In this document: positions 16,601 through 46,049 of the stretch, one piece after another
Layout: every line of letters starts with the position of its first letter
Position numbering within the stretch: position 1 is the stretch's first letter
DNA from: Lingula anatina
Taxonomy: Eukaryota > Animalia > Brachiopoda
DNA: 64,000 nt
Assembly: GCA_051362555.1 (NCBI GenBank)
Contig: CM120640.1
Location: 35,917,967 to 35,981,966, forward strand
Direction of reading: 5' to 3'
Notes under the pieces: model-generated
What the model was told of the DNA's origin: nothing
The model's input: only the letters and a program-made list of their open reading frames with translations
The model's database searches: none
Translations under genes and position numbers: made by a program

Positions 16601-17731
16601 TTTATCTAAATTTACATAATTACAAAAAATTATTAACCAGCTGTCACCTCGACTAAATCAATCTTTTCAGTACTATGTCACTTGTTTCATAAGGCTTGGC
16701 CGTCAGTGAATCAAATGCATTGTCCTAGTGAAGTAAGTCATCACCGCTATGGCCATTAGTGTTTACATGGTGAAACAATTTATCATCCCACCCAAATTGT
16801 AAATAAATGTCTCATTTCCCTACCAAGATGGATACACTAGCTTTTGTATGTCTCATTTTTTCTACCTGTATTAATATACCTATCTTTACCAAAGAACCCC
16901 CCCCCCCCCCCCCCCAATACTATCCCAACAGTACTCAACACCTTTACTAAATACCAAGTTATCTGGGAAAGATATTCCTTACTTCAATTCTCCTAATTAA
17001 TGGAGAGAGCCCCCCCCCCCCCCCCCCCAAGAAAAAAAGATAAAAGCAGTACCTTTCCATACCAAAATAAGCTGTCCCTTCAAGCTGTCCCTAGCTCCCA
17101 ATGATGATGTGAGAAAAATAAATACCTTTTTTTTCTGCATGTGATTCATTCACACAAACTAACCAAACAAGTGACAGTCCATTTATAACACTACCAAACC
17201 ATCAGCAGGCACAAACAAAGACATGAAGTTGTTTCCTTCAGGTGATGATACCGCAGGAGACCACCTCCAATATCCTGGTTCGGGGCCGAATCTTCCAGCT
17301 ATCCTCTAGATTGCTTATATTTCTTCCTTATAACCCACGATCTCCAATTTCTATATGTCTTAATCCTCGTTGCACCCCTTCAACCTCCTGTCTGGTGTAC
17401 CTCACATGTTTCCAAACTTAGTCACAGACTGTAATGAATGAAACTATGTAAAGAATGCCTACGGCACAAAATGTGGAACAAGGAGCTGACGGGTAGAAAC
17501 TATAGTAAAAAACCAAACTTTCAACATTTCATGCAGAGCATTATTCTAAATATCTATATTGTTTGCCTTAAATTAAATTAAAACCATAGTAGCTGTGATA
17601 AATTCTGTGGTTGAAGGAAAGCACATTCATGCCATTCTTAGGTGTTCACAGAGAAGAATCTTTAGGCAAAACACGCTGATCCTGTTGATTTATCCTTACA
17701 GACTAAATTCTAAGGATTGAATATGAATCTA

Positions 17732-17772
<41 letters not shown>

Positions 17773-20700
17773 ACATGCTACAGCCACGTGTTCTGGATTT
17801 CCGTTCCACAGTGCAAAAATGCTAACAGATAACATAAGGTAAAACATGGTCAATCAGCCAAAACGTACATTTTCAATTTTTCATCTCAAATATTCAACCA
17901 AGCTGTGTATAATTTGATGTGTGCCAGACTGCAGTCATGTAGGCAGCATATTATCCTACTCCTAAATACGTTTCTACCCGTTTCTCAATTCTGTGACGAG
18001 ACATCAAGGTAGAGTAAGTTCACACAACATTTCCCTACCCAGTTACCCTTGAACTATATCAATATCATATCATAAGCAAATACAAAATCCAAATATACAA
18101 CTACCTGAAGATAAAAAGAAAAAAAAAACCTGAGGTCGGTAATAGCTGTTGCTATCCTAACGGAGCTTCTCTGCTCTTCTCCATTGAGACTGCACTCTGG
18201 TGACTCCCCATATACCAGCCGTCATGCTATGTGAACACAGACTAAGAAGAGACAGATTTGAGGTCAAAACCGAATCCTGGTCTCCCTATCACTTCATCTG
18301 TACAGAGAGTGAACAAGGTGTTTCGAAACATGGATAGTGTGACCAACTTCATTTTCAAAAATAACTGTAAGATAAAGAGGCAGCCTGCACTTACAGCTAG
18401 CAGTTTTGCCTTTTGCATTTCTAACATGTAGGCAGTAGGAGAAGTGTAGAAGGAAATGTACTGAACCCTATGCTGCATGAATAAAGTATCAATCAATACA
18501 TAATTTTCAGCAATAACTCCTTTAAACAATGCATGGCTTAAAATTCGAAAGATGGTGAGTGCAATAAATGCATCAAAATCTTTTTTTTTTTTTTACAAAA
18601 CAATGGCCTTGACCTTTGACCTGAATATCCATGGGGCATATTAGGCTAGTTATGACCAATGTCTGTACCGAGTATCAGGACCTCAGAACAAAAAGATAAA
18701 ACTAATTCAAATTTGGTAACAGATAATCTAACCCACTGGATGATTTCATAATATCCCACCGTTCATCGTTTGCGGGGGTACGGTTTTTTCTCTCTGATAT
18801 ATCATTTCAAATTAAACTTAAACCTTATGTATATATCAGAGAATCATAATAAATTATCAGAGACAATTTTTCACGATGCTCAATAATAAATTCCATCTTC
18901 TCAAATAAAAGACAATATCCTTAGAGTGCAATTATAAGTAGAGACAGGAGTGTGAGTTATTGGTAGGTAATTATCTGGTCAATAACCCTGCTCAGGACAC
19001 TTATGTTCTGAGTGCTATTTATTTTCCAACGCCCAGTTATGCTAACATGTTATCGAACAAACATTATGTTCTGGATACTCTATTCAAAGTGAAATAGATA
19101 CGAGTTTGATTTATGAGACCCCACATAAATCATGTTTTGCACTAGAAATGATTATTGGCCAATGTGCAATTAAGGATTGTTTATGATGTGGAAATAACTA
19201 TTGTTTCTTATGTACAAATAATTACTTTTGTGGCAGTGTAATATCATCTGCTTTGTTCACAAAACAAATTACAAGTAATTAGACCCAGATGAGAATCTGA
19301 AAACAACAGGGCTTATTAAAATTAAAAATGTTTCTGTTCTTACATCTATCTTTCATAATGTCATTCCAGATCCAAATATATGATACGTTATTACATCTTA
19401 CCTAAAACTAACCTTTGTGACAAGCCTAAAATATTTAATTTTATTAATGACACAAATCTATTTCAACACAATGGCATGCTGTCTCACCTGTAGCACTCAT
19501 CTCAAACATCACAATGTATTTTACTTTCATATTTTTCAGTTCACAAAAATATACATTTTGAAGAACCATCTAATTATCATAAATCACCCTTAAGAAAAAA
19601 AAATGATACAATTTCAAAAAAAGTCCAGACAAATATAGAAGAAAGGATTTCTTTTCCTCTGGAAAAGGGGGGGGAGAGAGAGAGAGAGAGAGGTACTGGT
19701 CCTCAAACTGTAGAACATTTCAACCCATCTGGGCTTACACACATAACACTGATTGCCATAAGGATTCTTTGAATATTAATTGGCTTAATTTAAACTTCAG
19801 AAACTGCTGTTTAGATGCATCCACATTTGTCACCCTGCCCGTGGCTAGTTGTACTGGAAACTTCCCTCAGGTATAATAATGAAAATTGCATACCTGGGGC
19901 TTGCAGAGGGTGCATCCTGAAAATAAAACTAAAACTGCCTTAGCTAATACTGAATGAACGTTGCCTTTGATTTTATATAGACTTGTATTGTCTATCACTA
20001 TCACTAGTATATAACCTTTGACTACAAAAAGATGAACTGTTTGCATTTGTCCTTACCACTTACAATGGTATCATTTTGGTTAGAAAATCAACATGAGATA
20101 TTTTTAAATAAGGAAATCAAATAAGAACTATGCATCATTTCATTTAGAACTAATAGTAAGGTAAATATACTTAAGTAAAAAAAATAACACTCAAGGTTCA
20201 GCTTGAGATGTTTACATATAGCATAAACCAAGACCCACATTCTGGCATGCTGAATATTTTGTTTATGTGTCATTCTCCACATATATCTATTCTATCTATC
20301 TTTAACCCAAGATTTCACACATTTGCACAAGCCCCTTTCCTGGTATTCTAGTCAACACAGAATACTTCTATTAAAATTCTTTAACCTTTCTTAAAAGAGT
20401 ATAGCGACTCTGAATAAGGACAGAGAGCATGGTAAAGGCATGAGCCTCATACATACTGTGGCATACAGTATATATCATAATAAAGTTAGTTCTAGTGCCA
20501 TTTAAAAAACCTATGGAGAGACAATAAAGAGACAAGACATAAGTGACAAAAGGGTCTACCATTTAATATCGACAGAATAAGCAACTGGTAACATGTTTGC
20601 TTAATTAAATGCATCAGTTGTCTCATATCATAAACATGAAGACAACAAACTTTTAGAAAGGAGACTTGATACGGCACAGGTTGAGGAGACTCATCAATAT

Positions 20701-21371
20701 GCAATATTCAATGTATATCTGTCTTAATGGCAGTAACGAAATATGCATCACCGTTACATCAACCTAATATAAAATGCACAAATTACCAAGATATTTTGTA
20801 ACTTCTATTTCTTTCGGGATTTCAACACACTTATACATGCAGCATGGATGGTAAACAATTTTCGGCTACCTCTTAGTATTGACTGTAAACTGGTTGCCCA
20901 GGCACTCCCTTCCACCATGCCTTCCCCCGGCTAAGACTCAAATGAGGACAAACAAATTAATAAGTAGCTGACAGTCAAATTCAAAGGATTTCCACAAGTT
21001 ACACTATTTCTCCGAATTGCCAAATGTGATACCAAAACCATTTACCAAAAGCACAGTTATAACTTCGTAACTTGGACGATGTTACCTCAGCTTTTTGCGA
21101 TACCTGGTGAAGCGCTTCTTTGTTTTCAGGTAAACGTTACTGAAATGAACAATCAGACCCGAGTTGTACCTTTCGTTTGTACAGAAACTGGGTCATAAAG
21201 CCGCTCATACAGGGGCTGCTAGCACAGATCACGCACCACATAGAAAGAAAAAACTTACACTTGTGAATAAAAAATCACCTAACCATTATATATCTTACTT
21301 CGAATTTTGTTCTTACCGGGCATGCTATGGTTAAAATCAGCACGAATACACTGGCACAGCAGCGGCCGCAT
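4665..21371 (-). CDS. 5' exons of an unidentified gene running off the left end of the window (candidate exons 21317-21371 and 4665-4759; ~16.5 kb intron)
   Basis: The CpG-richer segment at 21.3-21.4 kb ends in a strong donor (CCCG|GTAAGA, phase 1). The GC-richer segment 4665-4759 has an acceptor (TATATTTCAG|) and a donor (ATG|GTGAGT) and is phase-compatible. The join reads MRPLLCQCIRADFNHSMPDRASLLLKHHVCKERQEELGDILNGSHDPDTM. No family recognised; both exons could be 5'UTR. Confidence 0.35.
14524..14850. mobile_element. MITE / non-autonomous DNA transposon with ~100-bp imperfect terminal inverted repeats
   Basis: Left CAGCCCTACCCAACTACCAGACT...GAATGATCCCGAATTCA...TCGGACCACA...TTTTCAAGGTGTG mirrors right CACACCTTGAAAAC...TGTGGTCCGA...TGAATTCAGGATCATTC...AGTCTGGTAGTTGGGTAGGCCTG. 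Flanks are TAGCT / TAGCC. Confidence 0.8.
17733..17770. repeat. poly(A) tract
   Basis: Uninterrupted A run of about 38 nt. Confidence 0.9.
18600..18782. mobile_element. probable fragment of a Helitron-like non-autonomous repeat
   Basis: CCTTGACCTTTGACC motif plus a GC-rich hairpin-like end (ATCCCACCG...GCGGGGGTA), a pattern recalled from invertebrate non-autonomous Helitron-like repeats. Boundaries approximate. Confidence 0.35.
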
Positions 21372-21406
21372 CCCAACAGGACTCCATGTTGGATTATAAT
21401 CTGTGA

Positions 21407-21413
21407 TCACGTG
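21407..21413. promoter_or_regulatory. E-box/CLEAR-like TCACGTG in the divergent region between the unknown minus-strand gene and LC3
   Basis: TGATCACGTGC lies just upstream of the candidate first exon, with an ATTGG (CCAAT) box at ~21433. Confidence 0.35.
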
Positions 21414-21885
21414 CTCTCCAAGTTTCACGTTTATTGGCTACCAGTGGTTTAACCAAACAAGCGGTAAAACATCAAAGAAAAGATAACAAAAGGCAGTAAT
21501 ATAGCTGGAAATTAGCATAGTATGTGGAATGTAATATTTATAAAAGAATAAAAAATCTCATTTTGGTAAAAAACCGCCGTAGACCTTGTTGAGATTTACA
21601 CAACTGGTATATAATATGTGTTTATTAGAAATTCACCCATTCATTGATAACGTCAAATAAAAGTAGCAGTAGGTTTCATGTTATAGTTCAGTTGACTGCC
21701 ACTTTTTGTACGGTATTTTGTCAAAGATTATAGTTACATTTAATAATTCTTTATTCTTCTTTGTTGGGATCTACAGTGTAATGGAACCAATTAAACATCA
21801 AAGACTTTTGATAAAATAGTTAAATTAAAGCTTCAAATATGCATTACCAACTTAAGACGAATAAAACGTTTTATTCATCCAAGCT

Positions 21886-22150
21886 CAGTGGCGCAGTTAG
21901 AGGAGGGATCTGGGGGTCCTGCACCCCCCCCCCCCCTTCAATTTCTGAAAAAAATCACACTAATGTTCCCCTCTTGAAATTAGAATTTTGAATAGTTGAA
22001 TCATAGTTCTAAACCGTACCAAATGGCACCGTTGGCCCTCTTAAATACCAAAAATTTTCGGGGCCCCGAACCCCACGCCAGGGGGAGGGGGGGGGGGGTA
22101 ATCGTCTTTGCATTCGCGGACCCCCTTCAAATAATCTTGCCCCTGCTAGC
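21886..22150. mobile_element. degenerate GC-rich MITE-like insertion (CAGTGGCG start)
   Basis: Starts CAGTGGCGCAG and contains GGGGGTCC/GGACCCCC inverted motifs and G/C runs in an AT-rich background. A similar end (GCGCCACTG) occurs at ~16264-16272. Confidence 0.45.
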
Positions 22151-22592
22151 TACCAGCTATATTTTCTACTAACACTTAATCAAAAAGGCGGATGAAGAGG
22201 CGTGGGGTGGAGCTGCATTTTCTTTCTTATTTCTAAAAATTAACTCTCATATATTTGAGCATTGAAATCTTTTGTGATGTTTTCCTACAATACTTGCTTC
22301 GCTTTAAAACAATTTGATTTAACTTTATTTCATGTCTGAATTCTAAATCGTGGACACAAACACACATGCATAAGCACACACATTCATTCGTATCGCCCGC
22401 GTGCCCTCTCGGCATTCTGTCAGTCAGTTCAAATTCACCACAAGGTGTCAGCACTATATTGATAACAAGGTGAATGTCGCATGCTGTAAACAACCTGGCG
22501 ATGCGTTAAATTTCTCTCGCGAAAAAAAAGCCCATTTTCATTTCTTTTAGAAACACATCCAGGAAGATTGATAAATATATCCTCTCCAAAGC

Positions 22593-23981
<1,389 letters not shown>

Positions 23982-25574
23982 AGACTGAGGTTTTATAAAC
24001 TATTTCATTGTTTTTATAATAATAAGTCAAAATGGTAAAAAAAAGAGTATAAGATAGAGTACAAATACCATGTGTTGAATAAAATTACTATGGAACTGTT
24101 TAGTACTCTGGCATTATTGCTGTACATTTTATGAATATTTACTCTTTTACCAACAGCCATATGTGTTGTACGAGTATTCTTAGCTGCTGATATTGGGTAG
24201 ACCAACAGATTATTGAAGATCTGGTGAATGTGAAAATAGATATTAGTTATCACACTTGTATTATTATTAACATAAATAAGTAAACACTTTAATTTTTTTT
24301 TACTATTTTTATTATAATTTTTTATTTGCAAGGGGGGCTTTTACAGTTTGTGAGAGGGTTGAAGATGATGTCATTTACTGTTGACATTTTGAGAGCATTA
24401 TGCAGCATATATTTTGCTGTTTATAATCCAAATCTCAGCTAGCAGTAGAAGCAGGGCCATAACCACTGATTTCAAAGGGGAGAGTTCTTTTTCTGAAAAA
24501 GTGGACATTTTACCATGAAACCTTTATGTACCTAGATCAGTTTTTGCCCAGAGGAGACCTTTTCCTGGCGAAAAAAGGGGTTTATTCAAGACCCCCCTCT
24601 CCTTCCCCGGTGCCTGAGTAGATAACTTGTACATATTAATGTATATAAATAAATTGTTGAGAATTCATGTAATTTATTAGGGTATTAAATGGAATGTTAA
24701 GTATACATTGTAATGTGGTATTCTGAGGCATAAAACAATAAACAGCTGTATTACCTAACAACATTATTTTGCATTTTGTTTACTTTCCTGGGAACTTAAA
24801 ATCAATACTGTGTCGTAGTTGTCCTAGCAACAAATGAAGAAAGTATTGGTAAATGAAACAGTGACAGTCACATTTTTTTATCAATCAGTAATCACTGAAG
24901 TTATTTGCGGTGATATACAGTCTAATTATGCCACTGGTTCATTTATTGTCAAGTAAATGGCATAGAAAGGGACACCAATTATCCTTCACCTACGTGGTTC
25001 TTATCAGTGCTCTTCAGACATCTTGCTTCATAGACAAAGTAACTGGCAAGCCACATTTTGCTAGCATTGCTCTTTGCACAAAATTGAAAAGGAAAATATC
25101 ACTAAATACAAATATTTAACTTGATGTTATTTTTTTTTTCATTTACTCAGACTTTCATCTTATAATTTTGTAAACAAAGTAGAAAATCAAAATTTAGATT
25201 CTCTTCTTTTCATGATCAGTTAGCACATTGTCACAGCTGATTTACTATATAAATCTCATTCAACTATTAAAATCATACATTTGAGCATACATTTAATGTG
25301 ATATTTATTGGAATGTAAATTTAACTTGAGAAACTTAAAGGCTTAGTGGAAGAATGTTCCCATAAAGGGATTCTGATCAATATTTATTCCATAATATCCA
25401 ATGTTCATTTCACCTTGATCATTCATACAAAACAGTGTTTAAACATATTTTCCTCATCTTTTCAAAAAGATACATTTATGGTCATGGCAATAATTTATTG
25501 ACCCATTTATGATTCTTTGCCATAGTCAGTTTACATGGATGATTTCAAAGATTTTACAAATAAAATTGACAAAA

Positions 25575-25577
<3 letters not shown>

Positions 25578-25634
<57 letters not shown>
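25578..25634. repeat. (TA)n microsatellite
   Basis: Perfect TA dinucleotide run between the convergent LC3 and CTBS 3' ends. Confidence 0.95.
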
Positions 25635-25638
<4 letters not shown>

Positions 25639-25846
25639 ACATGTTCAATACAGATAGGAATTCCCCCTCTATTCCAGGCTTGTACAAAATACAACTCCTG
25701 TATACAAATATGTAGAAACAATTAATAATAAAATTACTAAATATTTCTGCATGTGCACTTGAAAGAAATTTCAAATCTTGTATGCTTTTCTGCAGGATTG
25801 GTAAAATTTCTACTGGTATACAAATGTTAGCAGGAGTAATCACATG

Positions 25847-25902
25847 GTACAATATCAATTCAGCTGTAAAACTCTGTACAATATCAATTCAGCTGCAAAA
25901 CT
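25847..25902. repeat. 29-bp-period tandem duplication in the CTBS 3'UTR region
   Basis: GTACAATATCAATTCAGCTGTAAAACT followed by GTACAATATCAATTCAGCTGCAAAACT. Confidence 0.85.
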
Positions 25903-25978
25903 TGGTTCTAACAATGGTCTTGTATGTGACACAATGTTGTCTTTGCCAGTTGCAATCACATCAGATAAATTCAGTTAA

Positions 25979-28900
25979 TCAAAGTCTTTTTTTTCCATTT
26001 AGTTTCTTGTAACTTGGAAGGGCACCCCACATTTGATCTCTCTGTTTCTTCCCTTCTGCAGTGTCAGAATAATCCAAAGTATCAGCGTTCCACATTCCAA
26101 CCCCTCTAAGACCAAGGCTCTGGGCATACTTGTACTTGTATGTCAAGCTTTCAGGGTCATCATACCAGAATTGGGACCATTTTTTGGTAGCAGGATCCTT
26201 AAACAAGGATGTAAAATGCAAAGTAATTAAGTGGTGGACAAAACTGAAATGTTTCAAAAATTTAAGTTAAATACTTTTCTTACATCATTCTACATAGGTT
26301 TTATTTAGTAGCATTTATATTATGAAATGACTGAATGATCTGATGATTAAACTATTCATGATGTGCATGTACCCATATACATGTACAACACTAGACTTTT
26401 GTCCTTATTTTTTGGAATGAAAGCCATTTTTTTTCTTAGATCTTACAGAATCTCAGTTTTTATGACAGTTTCCTTTCATCAGATCAAGAAGTCTCCTCAA
26501 ACATGCAGGGATCTTGATCAATTTGGTAACTGTATGTATAATAATTACTTATAATTATCTCTGTTCATAAAAGGGAAAAAACCTTGTAATACCAATCTAG
26601 CTCACTTTTATAAGGTTCTTTTGCTTATATGATTGTTCATTGTACCTGATAATCGAAAAATGGAGACTTTGCGATGTCATCCCACTGTCTTCCTGATTTT
26701 GAAGCTGGAAGATAATTTTCTATGATCTCCTTGTAATTAATCTGAGACCCAGCTGCATCACTGCAGTTCACCCCTCGAAAAGGCACATGTTTGATATAAC
26801 AGGTGGTACGATTACTCTGAAAATAATAAGAACAATATATATTTTAATGGACATAATGGACTACAATGATAGGAAAAAGGGTTGTAAGAGTTCACCTGAA
26901 GCATTTTTATTTATTTATTTAATATGTGTATTACTTAATCTGGCAAAAAATTTGTATTTTACCATAAATAGTATTTTAAGCAAACTAAATTCCTAACATC
27001 TGTTTTCAGTGCATTGCTTGCTTTTTATGTACATGTACTAAGAAAAGTGAAAATCATCACTATGAAAGATTATGCCTGAATTATTAGTGTACTATGACAG
27101 TTTTATATAACATTATTCATTTCTTTCTTTAGTATTTGCTTTTTTATTTTTGCAGAACTTTTAACGTAACAATTATATGCAGAGGGCCTAAGGTCACTAA
27201 TATATAACAAGAATATGTGCACACCCTAATTACCTTTTGTGACCTTTTGACACAAGGGTACTTATAACCATACCATGGTACCCCTAATACTAGTTTACTT
27301 GGGTCAATACCCAAGTCTAAGAACCTTTTTAATCCTGAAAATGTATATAAAATCCATATAAAGATATTGTTTAATACTCAAGTCTTTTGAAAGTTGTTCT
27401 GATGTTGTTGGATTACAGTAAATTTGTTGACAGCTAGCGTAAGAACATCGTCAATGTCTTAAATTTTATTAACAATGTCTGAATTGACACATGGCATGCA
27501 AGCATATTACCACTGCAAACCTACGAAAACAATATTGTTTTAGGATTAAGAATACACAACATCAATTACCGCTACTTGTCTTTTGTAAACCTGAATTTGG
27601 TCCAGCCACACAATCAGGTCCAAAAATTTGACTTTGTTCATCATATGCCATGACAAAGAGGAAGTCAGTGAGATTGGCCATAGGAACTGTGTCATAACAT
27701 CTTCCATCAATGCAGTCAGGGGACCATGCTATGTCAAAAGTGACCTAAAGAAAGAAGAACAATAAAATTAATCCTCTGAGACATCTCTGGTGATTTAAAG
27801 AAAAAGACCAACAACTTATTGGACTCAAGGTGCCAACACATGCAGGTAAACATTATTTAAGAATTTTTTATGCAAGGAGTCATCCTAAAGCCAAACAATT
27901 TTTAAAGAGTTCTCAAAATCTTTGAAAGGCACCCTAGAACTGATATATTTTCCATATATATACAAACTTCAAAAGGTTAAAACATCTGAAAATTTAGATA
28001 GACACTATTAATATCTTCAAGACACATACACACACAGACACACACACACACACACACGTACAAAAAGTGTATTTAAAGGGAACAAGCAAAGATTTTGAAC
28101 ATGTTCTAAGAGCATAAATCCCTTATTGTTGAACTTACCTAAACTTTTAAAACATAAATTGACAGATAGATGCCTTTAATCAATTCCAGAAACTTAAGTA
28201 ACCATATTTACCGTGTCCTATTCAACCTCGGTAGTCAGATGTTTTGATTTTTCCAAAATTGTTACATAGTCATGGTATCAGGAAAGGAAGATGTAAGGAT
28301 GGTAAGTCGGGAGAAAATGCCCTTTACCCCAGGAAAATTCAATAATTATGAGTTTTGGTGGCAAAATCCTGGCTCTTTTCCTTTTAATGTTAGTTTATCA
28401 TCTTAAGCAATTCAAAACAGGGTAAAAAGGCAAAAGTCCATTTAAACCACCAGCACTGTGCTCTTGCAATAATAAACTAAAACAAATCACCTGATAGCTA
28501 CTATTGGCTTCTTTGAATAAAACATAGCTGAGTCCAACTACAATCCTCAGACCAAACCGCACTGTTGTATTGTCTTTGGGGATAGGATCCTCAAAATCTA
28601 TGTTTATGCCATCCAAAAAGTGGTCATGTACATACTCCCATTCCTGAGACACCCATTTGGAAATATCATGCTCTTCAGTTAAATTTTGGAGTGGAAAATT
28701 TGCTAATAAGAAAACAAATGAAAACCATAAAATTATAAGGTACACATAACCACTATGGTTCAATTCTATGCATGCAAAGATCAGAGCAAGAACACTCAAG
28801 ATCAAAATCTGACATTAATGACAAAAACATTGAAATCGACAAGTCTTTTAGAAAAAAAACAAGGTAACATTCACACATTTCTCAACACCTAAGCCAATGT

Positions 28901-29552
28901 ACTAGTACACTCCCGTGTATCTACATGTAGTCTAATAAACTTTCAAAATATGGTTGTTACTCACAGATTTTCACTGCTCTTGCATTATTCTTATGTGCAT
29001 GGCACATCAGCTGTGCATCATAAAAACCAACCATGACGACAGTTGTTATTTTGCTCCAGTCATAAAGCTTCCAGTTATGTGATGACAAGGCAAAGATAAA
29101 TACCTGAAACAATAGAAGGACAATGGTAAGGCATATGGGCTCCAACGTTTGATTTGATGAGGTACCTCAACTATAAGGACTGAATTGTTGTTTATACCAA
29201 CATGCGATTCAATTAATCAGGTAAGTAAATCAATTTGCCATTGTTATTTTAAGAAAACAGTTCAATTGGCTCCACAGTGTATTTATTGTAAAGTGAAAAG
29301 AACTTCATAAAGTAATCGGTTATTCGTAGACATCAAAAGAGTGTTGATCAGGCAGTTATCTTACATACAGTGAGAAAAAATATGGTTCTGTACCTCTTTT
29401 CTGTTTGGATCAGGTCCAATTGGAGCCTGACATAAAGATTCGTCTGCACAAGGACATTTCGGTGGTTGTTTCACGGAACCAACGTTTTGTGACAATATTA
29501 ATGAGCTACATACGACCAGCGTTGCCCAAAACTTAGCAAAACACATCTCCAT
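25979..29552 (-). CDS. CTBS: di-N-acetylchitobiase (GH18 lysosomal chitobiase), ~391 aa
   Basis: Exons (minus strand) 29394-29552, 28965-29103, 28491-28702, 27570-27744, 27234-27334, 26646-26816, 25979-26197 join in frame. Signal peptide, then CPCADESLC, WKLYDWSKITTV, catalytic FLDGINIDFE, VTFDIAWSPDCIDGRCYD, KLVLGVPWYGY, VPFRGVNCSDAAG, WYDDPESL and GVGMWNADTLDY, all CTBS hallmarks. Confidence 0.96.
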
Positions 29553-29894
29553 CGCTTGCACCTGAAGTTCGATTCTCAAATATGCTGTAAATCTCGAAAA
29601 TCAGCATTAATATCGATAAAATAAATACACTGGCCTCAACAGGGTGCAGACATTTTGGACAGATTTGATCATGTGACCACACGGGAAGTGGTGAGATATC
29701 TTCTGTGTTAAGACTTAAGTGCATAATCTTTATGGTGCAATTGATTGAAAATAAGTCAAAACAGTCGAGGAATAAAACACTGCAAGTAACTTTTCTCTTT
29801 TGTGTAAGAAAAAAACAAGAATAAAATAGTAATCAGTTCGAGATTTGACGATGTTTCACGAGATGTAAAAAATCCGGAAATCGATCCTCTGAAA
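29553..29894. promoter_or_regulatory. bidirectional promoter shared by CTBS and synaptojanin, with M-box/CLEAR-like TCATGTGA
   Basis: The two start codons are only 342 bp apart, head-to-head. TCATGTGAC at 29669-29677 and ETS-like GGAA cores (CGGGAAGT ~29682, CCGGAA ~29874) are present. Confidence 0.65.
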
Positions 29895-44097
<14,203 letters not shown>

Positions 44098-44894
44098 ATT
44101 TAGTACATAAATATATAAGAAAAGAATTTTATGTGTAGAAAGATCTTGCAACAAGGGTTAGTTATCTGTTTTCATAAAAGATTGGCGTATCTTGTGACAT
44201 CTTAAATCCAGAACTATGTCAGAAGTACCTGTACTTGTAAGGAAATGAATGCACTTTTTGATGTTTGCTGTATGCTTTTTCATCGCTAGACACAAAAGAT
44301 AAATGATAATGATTTAATTTATTGGAACTGTGTGACTGGTATGAATACTAATCAGATTTGGAAATCTCAGTCTTTTTATTATTTTTACAACTGTTATGCT
44401 GTCCTTTGTTTATGTTGCTGTCGTTGTTCACAAAAAAGAGAGGAGCACATACAAAGTTTTACATGCTCCATATAAAACATAAATCCATTGCTGGAGATTA
44501 TGTATCAAAATGACATTAGGTATGTGTTGCCAGCATTAATGTATTTACAAGATGTCTGATATAAATTGTAATGAAATATATTGCATATGCTTATATATTG
44601 GGGGGAGGTAAATTATTAAGGCATTGTATAGTATTTAAATTTGGTCATTGGGCATGATAAATATTATCAATATTTAATATGTAACTGTTATGTTGAATGT
44701 CACAGGGATCAAGCAAGGTAGGAAAATTATGCATCTCTAGCAGAACCATTTATTTCTGTGATAAGGTAGAAAATTATGTTGAGTAGATTATTGAGAATTA
44801 TGCAATAATGAAGCTAGCTGGCTAGCGCATATGTGGTAATGATCCTTAAACTGTGAAATAAAGAACATATAAACCATACTTGAAAGTAACTTTT

Positions 44895-45388
44895 TATTAC
44901 CTCCGTCAAGGAGGTATTATGTTTTCACCCTTGTTTGTCTGTTTGTTTGTCTGTCATCAACATAACTCCAAAAGTTATGGACCGATTTTGATAAAATTTT
45001 CAGGGTAGGTCAGAAGTTGGCCAAGGAAGAGATGATTAGTTTTTGGTGGTGATTCGGATCAATAATCAATCAATCAATAATCAAAAATTGATCATCAACA
45101 TAACTCAAAAGGTTATGGACTGATTTTGATGAAATTTTCAGGGTAGGTCAGAATTGGGTTAACTTAGAAGTGATTAGTTTTTGGTGGTGAACGGATCAAA
45201 ATCAATCATCAATATAACTCAAATAGTTTTGTACCGATTTTGATGAAATTTTCAGGGTAGGTCAAACTTGGGTTAACTTAGAAGTGATTAGTTTTTGGTG
45301 GTGAACGGATCAATAATCGATCAATAATAATAATAATCAAAAATTGCTGCCATGGCTGAGGTCTGCGCTCTCGAGTGCTTTTCTAGTT
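44895..45388 (+). mobile_element. non-autonomous Helitron/Helentron (DINE-1/HINE-like) element, copy 1, three internal core repeats
   Basis: 5' ATTACCTCCGTCAAGGAGG, (GTTT/GTCT)n microsatellite, core units starting CATCAAYATAACTC at ~44955, ~45093 and ~45207, 3' sub-terminal inverted CCATGGCTGAGG, hairpin GCGCTCTCGAGTGC and CTAG end. Homologous to 57843-58062. Confidence 0.85.
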
Positions 45389-46049
45389 GTTAAAGAAATA
45401 ACCCGATTTCATATACATTTAATGCATTACTTTGGCCCATGTCACTTGTTTTACAATTTTTAAAAAGCTGACAAGAATAACACATTTTACATACAAGCTT
45501 AACATGACATACAGCTCATTGTTATATATACATATGTATATATAACTAAAATTTTATGAACATTTCTGGGACAGGACACCATGTATTCTTTTACATGCTG
45601 TTCATGCCACATTTTAAAACTTTTGCCAATTGTCACAATTAAAAACTCCATGATAAATTGTAGTAGTATTCATAATAGTGGAACAGACTTGTTTCGCTGC
45701 TAAATTACATCATTAAGAAAATTGAAAACTCATTTTGGACAATTGGGTTGTCATCATGTAAACATGCTGAATTTATTGAAATAAAGTACGATTTTACCCT
45801 ACATTGAAAAGGCTTTATTATGTAGCTTTGAATAAGAATGAGAAAAAGTAGATGGTATAGACAAAGATAAAAAATAAATGAAATGCAAAAAATTGGCAGA
45901 GTTCCGAGGGATGATGACGTAACATGGGCATACACAAGCATGTAAGTTTACTGTATCATACTGTTACTCTTACATTACCTATAAACAATGTTGGGTCACA
46001 GATATCAATTACTTGAACTCAAAATGGCATTGTTTAAATCAGTGGAAAG

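Noticed and set aside
182-20704. Numerous 60-120 aa ORFs in the first 21 kb
   Set aside because: Composition is typical of random AT-rich intron translation, with no motifs and no consistent splice structure apart from 4665-4759.
21317-21387. Antizyme-like +1 frameshift (short ORF ending TGC TGA with an open +1 frame)
   Set aside because: The shift site is not the antizyme UCC-UGA type, the downstream peptide has no antizyme similarity, and the +1 frame has its own ATG.
25979-25993. C-terminal KRL of CTBS as a peroxisomal PTS1
   Set aside because: The protein has an N-terminal signal peptide and belongs to a lysosomal family, so a PTS1 would not be accessible.
44955-45340. CRISPR-like repeat array
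   Set aside because: Units are long contiguous tandem repeats without unique spacers, inside a eukaryotic Helitron-type element, and there are no cas genes.
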